From Callorhinchus milii (Eukaryota): DNA of 64,000 nucleotides. The DNA lies in contig NW_024704948.1 of the NCBI RefSeq assembly GCF_018977255.1, positions 1-64,000 on the forward strand, given 5' to 3'. Position 1 is the stretch's first letter, and every line of letters begins with the position of its first letter. The translations under genes were made by a program, and so were the position numbers. Positions 1-11,708 of this stretch are shown here, in pieces. The notes below the pieces were generated by a model, which did not search any database, was not told the DNA's origin, and saw nothing but the letters and a program-made list of their open reading frames with translations.

Positions 1-603
1 TCAGTTGATAATAAGTTGAAACGAGCCATTGCGAGGGTTCAAAGCGAAAGAGGAGGAATCACGTAATATCAGCAGTTTCTCAGATGTCTCTGCCCCAATT
101 AGTTGAAAGGTTCCTTCCGGTCCATTTCCGCTCTATGCATCTGGATTTCACAAGTTTAGGGACAGATCACAATTATTTCTGGTATAATTCATTACTGCAA
201 GTTTTTTTTCCTCTGCTGTTTATTTCGCTGAATGACTGCTGATATATTAACATTTATTTTTGTTAAGCTGGTGTCTGGAATATGTGGATACCCATCAACA
301 TGATTACGATTATCCCAAGTAACCTGAGAGATGTAATAATGATCCATGTTTTTGATATAGCGCCTTACTCGCCTCTTCGAGATGTCCAAAAGCGCTACAC
401 AGGTTATTCTCTCAAGTGTAGTGAGAGCGTATTATATGGGGGAAACGGAGCAACGAATTGCACTTATCAGTGTCATACAAAACTGTGGCTGTTAGAGCGA
501 CAATATTTTTAAAAACATCGATTTTTTATGTTTTTTATTATTCATTTTCTTGCGTTCAAACTACAACTGGATTTTTCCATGTATTGCAAACGAAAACATT
601 ATC

Positions 604-730
604 CCTCTCTCTCTCTCTTTCTCTGTCTCTCTCTCTGTCTGTCTCTCTCTCTCTCTCTCTCTCGCTCTCTCGCTCTCTCTCGCTCTCACCCTGTCTCTCT
701 CTCTCTCTATCGAAATATCGATCTCTCTCA
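604..730. repeat. (CT)n microsatellite
   Basis: Direct inspection. Paralogs at 14500-14670 and in the N gap at 31347-31476. Confidence 0.95.
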
Positions 731-939
731 GGCACACAAGCACACAATAACCAATTCTGGTTGCTGAGTTGCTGAGAGTATTAGCTACAGCCCCTCATCA
801 CATCTTCAAGACACCTGAAAGCGCTTCACGGTATCCACAGCAAAGTGTATACATTAGATGAAGTTTCGCAAGAGCAAAATTTAGGAACCTCTGATTCTGC
901 TTTATGGTAACCCCTGGAGGTTAGCAAGCTCAAACTGGG

Positions 940-1297
940 CTAATTTCAAGCGCCTTATCACGTCTTCGCGAAGTCTCAACGCATGTTGCCACATAGGCAA
1001 TTTACACTACGTGTTGTTTGCGAGACGCGGCAGCCAATTCTACACAGCAGTGAACCGCAAGTAGTGGTATACTGACTAAACTCCATTTATTCCTTTATGA
1101 AGGGAACATTCCTTAGAAAAAAAAACTATTCCCAAAATGACGAACAGCTGGATTCCTACTTACTGCTCGGTAAACAGAGGCGAGTGGATGGAGTAAGGAA
1201 ACTTGCCTAAGCTTCCGCCCTGAGCTGCCGGGGAATCGAACCCAGGTCCACTCTCTTGTGAGACGAGTGCTATAACCAGAACCATACAGGACTCCAC
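940..1297 (-). mobile_element. tRNA-derived SINE 3' of the V1 RSS
   Basis: Head GTGGAGTCCTGTA..GGGTTCGATTCCC, core GGCAAGTTTCCTTACTCCA, L2-like tail. Boundaries are approximate. Paralogous copies lie at ~14865-15227 and ~31715-32068. Confidence 0.75.
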
Positions 1298-1396
1298 AGA
1301 CTCTGTACACCACACTCCCGGTTATAATTGTGGAAACACATCAGTCTGTTCCACCCACGAACTTAAATGTGTGAGACGAGGCCATGATTCTCTGCT

Positions 1397-1435
1397 GAGT
1401 TTTTTACAGTGATTCTGCCTACCTGTAACAGTGTG
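1397..1435 (-). other. 23-RSS of V1 (degraded nonamer)
   Basis: CACACTG-23-AAAAAACTC; the paralog V7 has ACAAAAACT. Confidence 0.85.
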
Positions 1436-2249
1436 GGGTCCAGGGCACAGTAATACACAGCGCTGTCATCCACAACAGCCCCGAGTATCTGCAGGTTAAT
1501 TACTTTATTCTCCTTGATCAGCTCGGCGGTGAAACGGTCAGGAGGGTTGTCTTCATTTCCAGAGGCATATATCCTGAACAAGTACTGAAGAGCTCCATCG
1601 GGATATTGCCTGTACCAGAAGGCAGTCTGCAATGAGGAATAACTGCAGTTCAGTGTCACGTTTTGTCCTTCAAAATCTGTTATCTCGGGAGGATATTGGG
1701 TGACTGCATCTTGCCCGTAGACTTCTGAAAGTACAAAAAAAAAACATTTTGCTGAGCAACGTTCATGGAGATTTGCAATCATAATAATTATTATAATAAT
1801 TTCGATTTCTATAACACGTTATCACACGGTTTGGACGTCTGAAAGCCCACACAGAATGCATTTTTATGAGAACTGACTATATTTTGAGGGAGAAAAGTTG
1901 CAGCCAATTAAGAGCTGCGTTGTCGCCCAAACCGTCATGGAATGATTAACGAAGTTATTGTTGACTGATTTATTCTTTAATATATTATTACTTTCGGATA
2001 GCTATCCCTGAAACAATTATCAACCGGGTTCCTACTTACCGCCGGTAATCACAGGCTTGAGGTCTAAGCAAATTTGCTGGAAGTTTCAATTGCCCGAGAA
2101 TCGAAACAGGTCCTGTCGCTTGAGAGGTGAGTGCTCTCAACACTAAGCTTCTGATATAATATAATGTAAAGGCCATGCTCTGGATATGTCCACTCATACT
2201 TACCGGCTATGGTGAGGATTGCTATCAGTAACTGGCAGTGAGCTGTCAT
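1436..2249 (-). CDS. TCR alpha/delta-type V gene V1 (family A, ends YYCALDP); RSS nonamer damaged
   Basis: Leader 2204-2249 MTAHCQLLIAILTIA with GTAAGT donor. V exon 1436-1724 after a CAG acceptor, with Cys23, WYRQ and YYC, open frame. Confidence 0.92.
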
Positions 2250-2423
2250 GTTGGCCGCTGAGTTGTGGACAGACAATCGGATCTCTTCCTTTGTATATCG
2301 CTGTGTTGCTGCTTCAGTGACAAGTTGTGAGGTAGCGGCTGATCTGATGTGTTCAGTGGTTTATTACCTCCAATTGTAGGCGTTTCCCACTCACCAGGGG
2401 TTCTTAAATTTGATCTTCTGGCG

Positions 2424-2436
2424 ATTGGTAGCCAAT
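2424..2436. promoter_or_regulatory. Inverted CCAAT pair upstream of the family-A leader
   Basis: ATTGGtagCCAAT about 175 nt upstream of the V1 ATG, conserved at V7 and V13. Confidence 0.4.
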
Positions 2437-3231
2437 GGGCCTGGGATTGAATGGGAGCAACGACTTGTCTTTCACCCACAAAGAATGTACTTTACGTTAT
2501 ATTCTGTGATGCTATTTGAGACGTCTGGAATAGTAATGAGTCGCTGTATAAAGTGCAAAGTCTATTATCATTGCTGTGATTGCTTTAGTTTGGTTGATGT
2601 TGAACAATGCAGCCCAACCTAAGTGATTGAAGATTTAATTTCTACCATCAAAGCTGATGTGAAAGCCTTTCCCTGTTGATGATAGTTTCTATTCTGAGTC
2701 AGAATGTTGTTGGTTCAGGAGACAAGTCGGCACTTTGAGCTCACAGTCTACGTTATGAATATTCGTGGGGAAATTAATGTTTGAATATTGCTTCATATTT
2801 TGGCTCACAACGTGCAGTCACTGCTTCTTACAGAAATGCCATTTAAAGTCTTGGAACCGCCTCCAACGTGAAAAGAGCTGTATCAAAGGCAAGGATTATT
2901 GCTATTATTATTATTGTTATCGATGGCCAAACCTTCTGATCATTGCATCAAAATAAGGAATCTGCAAACTGAGATACCTAAACCATATTAAACAAAGTCA
3001 GCTTTAATCTTCTTCTGCATTGAAACCGAAACAAGCGAACATAATGCTGCTAACAAAATGAAGCACATTTGTTCCCGAAACGAGAACCATTAAGTGCGGC
3101 TGCTTACTTGGGAGAATGACAATTAAACATAGACTCAGCAATTTAAATTGCTTCTTGAGTAACCTAAGGCCACGCCGTAGGCAAATCTTTGTAAATTGCA
3201 GTTGATCCAGTAACAGTGTATATGATGGAAA

Positions 3232-3450
3232 TATGTCACCTGTAACAGGAAGCAATCTGTTATTGCTGACAAGTCAATTAGTTACAGAAAGGAACCTGAC
3301 AAGTTATCTGAGTTGCAGCTCATGTTATATATGTTTTGGTTCGCCATCTGCTGGTGGATTGCAGCTAAAGCACGTGTACAGTTGGAGACATTTGACAGCA
3401 AATAGTTCACGGCTAATCTTATCTTTCCCAGTTGTGAATGTTTCTGTATA
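3232..3450 (-). promoter_or_regulatory. Repeated intergenic module copy 1 (E-box/ETS plus CTCF-like motif)
   Basis: ACAGGAAG at 3245-3252; CCAGCAGATGGCGA on the minus strand at 3341-3354. Confidence 0.55.
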
Positions 3451-3574
3451 AAAGAAAGTTGTTGTTTTGGATGTACGTCAACTTATTTAAACAGCACAGA
3501 TGGACATGCACACGTGGCGAGACTCCCAAGGAAGCAAGACGTTTGAAGTTATTTATGTGAATGTAGCATTATTA

Positions 3575-3928
3575 TGTTTAATAATGATAATAAAATTCAT
3601 TGCATTAATTCACTTGGAAGAGCGCCATATCTCGTATTCGAGACACTTCAAATCGCTTCACAGAATAGACTGTACACGAGTTGACTGCATATTGTGTGGG
3701 TGAAACGCGGCAGTCAATTGCTCCCATCAGTGTCCCACTGGATTGAATGAACATTTCAGTAATAATATTATTGTTTTGAAGGAATTATTACCGCTGGGAA
3801 ATCGATTCGCCAATCGAATAACAACCGGGTTCCTTCTTTTACTGCTCGTCGAACAGAGTTGTTCGTGGAATAAGGAAACGTGCACAAAGCGAGGCGAATC
3901 CTCTCTCTACTGAGCTACAGGACTCCAC
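3575..3928 (-). mobile_element. tRNA-derived SINE starting ~5 nt from the V2 nonamer (B box deleted)
   Basis: The minus strand reads ACAAAAACT-gtcag-GTGGAGTCCTGTAGCTCAGT. The tail GTGAAGCGATTTGAAGTG..(att)n is near 3580-3660. Confidence 0.75.
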
Positions 3929-3933
3929 CTGAC

Positions 3934-3972
3934 AGTTTTTGTAGGGAGGAATCGCTGATCTGTGCCTCTGTG
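3934..3972 (-). other. 23-RSS of V2
   Basis: CACAGAG-23-ACAAAAACT. Confidence 0.92.
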
Positions 3973-4828
3973 GGGCTCAGTGCACAGTAATACACTGCGG
4001 AGTCTGTAACTCTCACTTGGGATATATTTATGTGAACGGTTGTCTCCGCTTCAGACACGTTCGTTGAGAATCGTTCTTTTGCAAAGTCTGCACGTTGCTG
4101 CTTGTTATTCCTGATGTAGGTATTAAGGATATATTCTGGAGCTTTGTTGGGATAGTGACGGTACCAGAACAGATATGTATCGCTGCCGCTTGTAGCTGTG
4201 TAGTTACACTGCAGATAAACAGCCTCTCCTTCATTCACTGTCACAGTAGATTGGAGCTGTGTCACAGAATCTCCTCCACAATATCCTGTGAACAAGACAA
4301 AAATCAGCGTTCAATACAATAACAACGTTAATAATAATCCTATTCCCTCTATTTGATACGACTCATCGTGTCTTCGAAACATTACAAAGTACTTCACGGA
4401 AAACACTTTAACTGTATTTCTTCGGCCAATGCAGCTCTCAGTTATGCAGCAGCCCTCAAACCGTCGTGGTTTGATTGAATGAATCGTAAACAAAATCGTA
4501 GGGATTTTCCTACCATGAAAATCCATTCGCAAATTCACTTACAACGGATTCCTACAGCTATTGAAACAGAGTCGTGTGTTCGTTGTAACCAAATTCCCCT
4601 GAGGTTTCTCACTGCCCAGGAACCAAACCCAGGTCCTCGCTCTTGCGATGCGAGTGCTATATCAACTGAGCTACAGGACACTATAACGCCACAAGTCCTG
4701 TAGCGTTTTGCTTATCTAATGCAAGAAAATAGGCATTGGACAATATCTGCGGCATAGAGACTTCTTGAGCGAGTTGATGGCTTACCTGACAAGATAACGA
4801 TGGCGGCCACATAGATATACATTGTCAT
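3973..4828 (-). CDS. TCR V gene V2 (family B, YYCALSP)
   Basis: Leader 4786-4828 MTMYIYVAAIVILS with GTAAGC donor. V exon 3973-4285 DSVTQ..LQC..FWYRH..YYCALSP. Confidence 0.93.
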
Positions 4829-6603
4829 ATGTATTTAATGGCAACGGGCGTTGACAGTGCGTTGATCCTGTAGTTGGAGAATGTTTGGTGAGAGGAAGTA
4901 CGATACAGTGATGAGCTGAATAAGAAATCACACACAGAAGTTGCCATATGCCGTGAAGGAGCAGGTCTGAGGGTTACGTACTAAACTTGTGTCTCTCTCG
5001 TTGCTCGTCATCTTCTCTGCGCTGCCATCTCGCTCCTCCATTGGTTCTCTTCCATCACTGACATGTCTCTGTAGGTCCGGGTGTCTGACACATGGAGCAA
5101 GTTACTCCCTCCTTAAACTCCTCCAATGCTTGTACATGAGTTCCACTTTTCTGTTCCCTTGAAGGAGTCATCCTCATCAGTTAACTTTTCGTGTCACGAG
5201 GCGGAGAATGGCCAAGAAACAAGACGAGGGGCAAGTAAATCTCTGTTGGGCGACACTCTGATCATGTACTTATTAATTGACTTTTATTACTCAGGTCCGC
5301 GCTTGTTATGCCAACTATCCGATGGCAGGACAATCCCTCCTCGCCTTCTCGCCAGTCCCCAACCCCCGCCTTTCACAAACAGCAGATTTTCACATCTCTG
5401 CTTCCATAGTGACAGTAATCAGTGCATTTGATATAGTTCCTGATCACATTACTGTGACCTCTCATAGCGCTTCTCAGCTTTTGCATTAAACTGTAGTGAC
5501 TGTTTGTTATGTGGACTAAACGCGGCAGCCCATGTGCACGCAAGTTGTCTCACAAGCAGTGCTCGATGTTGTGAGCACATTTGAAAAACAAGTCCTGTTA
5601 TCAACCTCTCAAAACTTTATCGCTGAAACAAAATTTGTGTGAAATTGGTTCCCGAGTTTCGCCCATAAAATTCACAGTCACGACACATTATACTGCATTC
5701 TCTGCAGTGCTGTGAGGCATCGCGGAGACGAGACGAAGCGCTGTATCAAATGTCAATAATTATTGTGATATAGACGGTTAAAACGTGGTCGGATGTTGTA
5801 CTAAGTGAAAGCCCCTGAGTGTGTGCAGACGGCTGGAAACGTTCTGCCAGTTACTGTGTTGTACGACTTATTTCGCGGAATGATCCTTCATACATCGTCA
5901 TATAGTTTTCTTAAACTGGTGTCTGACATATGTGGAAACCATTTCCATGCATATGATTATCCAAACCAACGTTTGGGTTATGATAAAAGCGCTTGTAATT
6001 AACATAACGATTTATCACTTGTCCGAGTCGACTGTACGATCCTCAGAGTGTACCGTGTAAAGTGCATCGACAGTGTATTTTGTGGACAACAACCGGCAGC
6101 CAAGTGCATAGTGCAGCGTCTCTCACACAGTCTTTGATCGAGTGATCTATTTTGTTGATGGATTATCACACCCGAAAAAAGAGATCATCCAAACTGCTGT
6201 GAATCGGGTTCCGAGTTCCGCTTCAGTAAACCATTAAAAATAATAAGGATCTTTGCATTCAATTTAGCGCTTTTCACCTATTCGATGACACATAGCGTTT
6301 GGTAGGTTGTAGGGTGAAGTAAATTGACTGTTTATGTTACGGGCGAAATGTCGAAGCCGTTTGCGCGCAGCAGTGTCCCACAAAGAGATGGGGGTTGAAA
6401 TTTTTTCTCTATTTATAGGAATTATCACCATCGGATAAACGATCCGTCAATCAACTAACAACCATATTCCGACTTACCGCTGGATATACAGACGCATGTG
6501 GAGTAACGAAACTTGGCCAACATTTTGCACTGCCCGATATTGAACCCAATTATTTCGCTTGTGAAGCGAGTGCTCTAACCATTGAGCTGCAGTAAAACCA
6601 ACA

Positions 6604-6642
6604 TGTTTTTGTAAAGGTACCTCTTGGACACACAGCACTGTG
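6604..6642 (-). other. 23-RSS of V3
   Basis: CACAGTG-23-ACAAAAACA. Confidence 0.93.
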
Positions 6643-7099
6643 CCTTCCGCACAGAAGTAAGTTGAGGTGTCTGTCACCAGAAGGTTTTGGATTGTTAGAG
6701 TGCAGTTTCTCTGTCTTGTATTAGCCAAAGCGCTTATCCTGTCCTTCATGTTGATGTCTTTTGTTCCCAAAACCAAGAACCGGATGGAGCCGTTTCCATA
6801 CTGTGTGTACCAATGAAAGGTTGGGCCGGACACAGTGGTGTTGCACTCCATAGACACGTTTCCATCTTCATTCCCTGTCACGGCCTGAGGTGACTGTGAA
6901 ACATCACTTTCAGCCAAGACACCTGGAAAGATAGAACAAATGAACATACTCGCAAAGCAATTAGGAAAGTGTCTGCCGCGATAAACTGTAATTATTTTGC
7001 AGGAAAAAAATATTTTTTATCCAAATTCATGCACTACTTACACCAAAGCTTTATTGTTAAATTCAAAATAATATATGTTGTGCTGAAAATCTGCTTCAT
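6643..7099 (-). CDS. TCR V gene V3 (family C, YFCAEG)
   Basis: Leader 7042-7099 MKQIFSTTYIILNLTIKLW with GTAAGT donor. V exon 6643-6922 (280 nt), open. Confidence 0.92.
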
Positions 7100-9240
7100 T
7101 CTCAACTCTCTTCGATCCACTTCAATATATGTGGGTGAATTGCAACCAGAAATCATCTAAAGTCGGTACCTGGTGGATAAACGTTGGTTCACTTGAGACG
7201 TTGACTCTTATCCTCGCGTCGTTACTCTGTCTCTGTTCATTGCTGGAGATGTATTGCGACTCCTCCCATCTTTTAAGCTCAGATTCCCTCCGCTTCGCAG
7301 TGGCAAACCATAGTAATGTGTGAAAGAGACAGTGTAGAGGAAGCGAGTTACAAAGACTGAAGCAGATAAAAGTAAAAATAACAATATCCCTTGCTTTTCA
7401 TAAAACGCCTTATCACGTCATTGAGACGTCTGAAAGCGCTTCATGGAGTATTTTGTAAAGCTAATTGACTGCATAAGTTGTGGGACAGTGCGGCAGATAA
7501 TTACGCACATACATCGCCCACAAATATTTGTGGCTTGAATGACTTATTTAGCCCTTTTTTAAGGAAATCTTACCAGCAACATTGGCGAATGGCAAGAATA
7601 GTGTATCAGGAACTTTGTGATTAACGGAATGAGATCAATAGCTTCTCAGTGTTCCGTAGAATCGAAATTTACAATAGTTTAGGATGTAAGTAAGAAATTT
7701 TCCAGTAGTCGTGGGATCTGAACAGCCAGAGATTCCTAATGCACACTTATATTTTGTGGGACTGATTACCTGCACTTGTAATGAACTGTGATCCCAATAA
7801 TCTATGTTTCGAGTCTATTATTTTTTTTTCTGAATGGGACGTACAAACCGAGGAAAGGGACGGGAGTGACAACTATTATTCTGAAAACTATTGAAAGAAA
7901 AGGTATAGGAATATGTATTATTGAACCAGTTTTCGAAGGCTTTTCAGCGAGTGTTGCCTGGAGAAAATATCAGAGCACCAGCGACAACCGGTGTTCAGGC
8001 AACGGACTTCATTTACTAAAACCAAAATTACAGAAATGATAATACTAATGATTGCATTTGATACAGCGCCTAATAATGCCAGTGGAACGTCAAAAACGTT
8101 TAGCAGAATATTCCCTTCAGCGTAATGTGCACAGTGTTTTTCGGGGGCGAAAATTGGTAGTCTATTGCTCACAAACACTCATGAATTGAGTGACCAAATA
8201 GTTTTCTTTAGGGGGTATTTCTCGTGGGAAAGCGATCAGCCAATCGACGAGCAACCGTTTTCCTGCTTTTGCTAGGAGGACAGAGGCATTAGTGTGGGGT
8301 AAATAAAATATTTCCAGTTGTTTAACCCAGGGCTTGTTGCTTGCGAAGTGAATGCTCTGAACAATACTCTTCAGAACTCTCGACATAGTTCACTTTAATT
8401 TATGTCAGTGATCATATTTTCAGCGCCGCTCTCCGCTCAAGGCTTCTGGGTTACAGCAGTTTGGGTACAAAACACAAGTTTCCTCGTATCATTCAATTCT
8501 ACAAGTTACTGTGTTGTAAGATTTATTTCGCTGAATGATTCTTCACAGATTCACATTTATTTTTCTTAACCGGTGTCTGACACGTGTGGGGACACCCATC
8601 ACCATTCTTATGAGTATCCAAATCAACCTGTGTGTTATAATAATTGCCTTTGCGTTTCATATCAAGCCTTATTAATTTCCTAGTAATTTATACTGTCTTC
8701 ACAGTGCAAAGTGTCTCGAGAGTGTATTTTGTGGACAAAACCTGGCAGCTAAGTACACACAGCAGCTTCTGACAAACGGTCTTTGATTGAGTGACCCACT
8801 TTTTTGATCGATTAAAATAGATCATCCAAATTCCTATCAAACTGGTTCTTATTTCCCGCTCAATAATCCAATAAAAATAATAATAAGCATTGCGGTGGAT
8901 ATGGCTCCTGATCACGTCTTCGAGATATTACACAGCATTTCACAGTTGTATTGTGAAGTGAATGGACTGTGGGAAAAATGCGGCAGCCGATTGCACACAG
9001 CCGTGTCCCATAAACTGTTGCGGAATAAAGAGAATTTTTCTTTTCCGATTTAAACAATTCTTGCACCCTGAAAAGAGATATGCCAATCAATTAACATCCA
9101 GTTTCCTACAGGCTGCCATGTGAGCAGACGCATGAGGTGTAAGAGAACTAGCACAACATTTTGCCAGGACGGAAACCGAACCCATGTCCTCACGCTTGCG
9201 AGGCGATTGCTCTAACCATTGAGTTGCAGTGAACCCAACA

Positions 9241-9279
9241 TGTTTTTGTACAGGTCCGTCTTAGGCACAGAACACTGTG
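9241..9279 (-). other. 23-RSS of V4
   Basis: CACAGTG-23-ACAAAAACA. Confidence 0.93.
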
Positions 9280-9738
9280 CTCTCCGCACAGAAGTAAGTG
9301 GCGGTGTCTGCCATTCGCACTTTTTCGATTGCTAGGGTACAGTTTTTCTGTTTACGCTCAGCCACAGCTCTTATCCTGTCCTTCGTATTTACGTCGGTTT
9401 TTCCCAAAACCAAGAACCGAATGGAGCCGTTTCCATAAAGTTTATACCACTGAAAGAGAGAGTTGGTCACAGTGGCGATGCATTCCATTGAAACATTTCC
9501 ATTTTCATTCACTGTCACGGCCTGAGGTGTCTGTGAGACATCACTTGCAGCCAAGACACCTGGAAAGAAAGTAGAAATAAATATTTTTGGAAAGGAATTC
9601 GGAAAACATCTGCCACGACAATTTGTAATTATTTATCAGTAAATAAAAGCTTTTGTTTGCACACAACCATCATCTACTCACACCGCAGGAATATATTACA
9701 TTCAAAATCATATATTTCGCATTGTAATTCTGCTTCAT
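9280..9738 (-). CDS. TCR V gene V4 (family C, YFCAES); leader donor out of phase
   Basis: V exon 9280-9559 is open. Leader 9682-9738 is 57 nt to GTGAGT, against 58 nt in paralogs; only a weak GTGTGA donor 2 nt earlier restores phase 1. Confidence 0.8.
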
Positions 9739-9757
9739 TCTCAACTGCCGTCGATTC

Positions 9758-9787
9758 NNNNNNNNNNNNNNNNNNNNNNNNNNNNNN
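9758..9787. other. Assembly gap (30 N)
   Basis: N run immediately upstream of the V4 leader. Confidence 0.99.
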
Positions 9788-10544
9788 CTTATCCGGTCGG
9801 GCGATTTGCTGTTTCTAAAGTGTTGTCGTGGCAACAAAGCGCTTCGATGGTGTACCAGTATGTTCTCCACTAATTTGATATATTAATCACATTTCACTGC
9901 TCGTTCCTCCTATTTTCTGTTGGTCCCTGGAACATTCGTGTACAACGTCAGTCACATTCCTTAATTTGACCTTTCTCTGTGCAAACATTTGCTGCCTCAC
10001 TTGCGCACCCATTTTATTTCAATTCCTTGCCTTCGTAGTTCATCGCCAAAACGCTCCCCTAAGTGGAAAGCGCTAAATTGGAATACCAAGAGGCCATTCT
10101 GCTCCTTGAGCCTTTTCCAATGTTAAATTATATCATGGCTGATCTATCCCTCAGCTCGTATTCCCGCCATTTCCCCCAAACGATTGAAATTCGGAGCTAA
10201 AATAAACGTATTCAACTCCGTCTGGAAAATACGAATGGAACCAACATCCCCAACCTCTTTGTGGAAGTTTTCCAGATTTCTTTAAATTTTTCATAATTTT
10301 TTTTACTCATTTTCTCTGCTAACTGGACTGGCTCTAATGCACTCTTTTTCTACATTCCCCCTCCATCCAGCATAAACAGTTTCTCTATAAATAGACGAAA
10401 TAGTTTTTGGGGAAACTACATAAATGGAACTTGTTTATTTTGATGTTTTCTTACTGAATAAAGCAGCATAGAAAGAAACGTGCAAGTGACAGCGTTCCCC
10501 AGAGGCAAGACATTTTTTACATACTACTTGGATGATAACATGAC

Positions 10545-10933
10545 TACAGTTAATAACAATAATAGCAATAACAGTTGCATTTGATATAACGCCGTATCAC
10601 ATCTTCGGGACACCACACAGTGCTTCATAGGATATACCGTAAATGAATTGACTGTATATTGTGAGTGCGAAGCACTGCAGCAAATTGTACACATCGCTAT
10701 CCAAGTGGATGAAGTGCCCAATTTATTATCAACGCTAATATTCCGAAGGAATTGTTATCTCTGGAAAATCGAAACGCCAATCTATTAACAACCTGCTTCC
10801 TACTTACTGCTGGTAACCAGAGACGTGTGTGTGGAATAAGGAAAGTTGCACAATGCTTCGTTCTGCTGGGAATTGAACCAAAGTCTCTCCCTTGTGTGGC
10901 GAGTGCTATAACCACTGAGCTACAGGGTTCCAC
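10545..10933 (-). mobile_element. Full-length tRNA-derived SINE abutting the V5 RSS (A and B boxes intact)
   Basis: A box TAGCTCAGTGG, B box GGTTCAATTCC, core and L2-type tail. Paralogs at ~25685-26073 and ~47895-48283. Confidence 0.8.
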
Positions 10934-10938
10934 ATGGC

Positions 10939-10977
10939 AGTTTTTGTAGGGTGGAATCGCTGATCTGTGCCACTGTG
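10939..10977 (-). other. 23-RSS of V5
   Basis: CACAGTG-23-ACAAAAACT. Confidence 0.93.
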
Positions 10978-11708
10978 GGGCTCAGTGCACAGTAATACCC
11001 CGCGGAGTCTGTAACTCTCACTTGCAATATATTTAATGGGACGGTTCTCTCCGCTTTAGACACATTCGTTGAGAAACGTTCTTTTGCAAAGTCCGCGTGG
11101 TCCTTGTTCCTGTTTTTGGTGGATGTTCTGAGTATATATTCTGGAGCTTTGTTGGTTAAGTGACGGTACCAGAACAGGTAGTCAGAGCCGGTGTTTGCAA
11201 CTGTATAATTACACTGCAGAGCAACATCCTCCCCTTCAGTCACTGTCACAATAGATTGGAGCTGTGTTACACTGTCTCCTCCACAAATTCCTGGAAAACA
11301 TAAAATCAATACCAACAATGAGAATAGTTATCCTTGTGTTTGATACAGAGCCTTATATAATTAGTAGTAGTTCTTTTGAGGGGTTATTAGCCCCGAAATG
11401 CGTTCCATCAATCGACTACGGAAATGGCACGTTCTTAGTGTGGATAAACATGTTCATACATGTGTAGAGTAAGGAAACTTTTCTAAGGTTTCACTGTGTC
11501 TCAACCGGGAACCGAACCAAGTTCCTCTCACTTGGGAGGCCAATTCGCTGTTCGGTGAGCTAGAAAACTCTACGAGGCATGCTTGATTTTGCTTATTTTA
11601 GTCTACAAAACATAAGCATTGGTTAATACTGTCACGAAACACACTGACAGAGCGAGTTTATCGCTTACCTGAAAAGGTAATGATCACTGCTATCACATAG
11701 ATAAACAT
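10978..11708 (-). CDS. TCR V gene V5 (family B)
   Basis: Leader 11669-11708 MFIYVIAVIITFS. V exon 10978-11290, open, ends YYCALSP. Confidence 0.92.

Noticed and set aside
458-775. SLSL/ERER ORFs (also 14358-14676, 54980-55207, 55566-56045)
   Set aside because: Translations of CT/GA microsatellites.
3983-3989. FR3 embedded heptamer (TACTGTG) as a V-replacement signal
   Set aside because: It follows directly from Tyr-Cys-Ala codons, and no nonamer was found at 12-13 nt.
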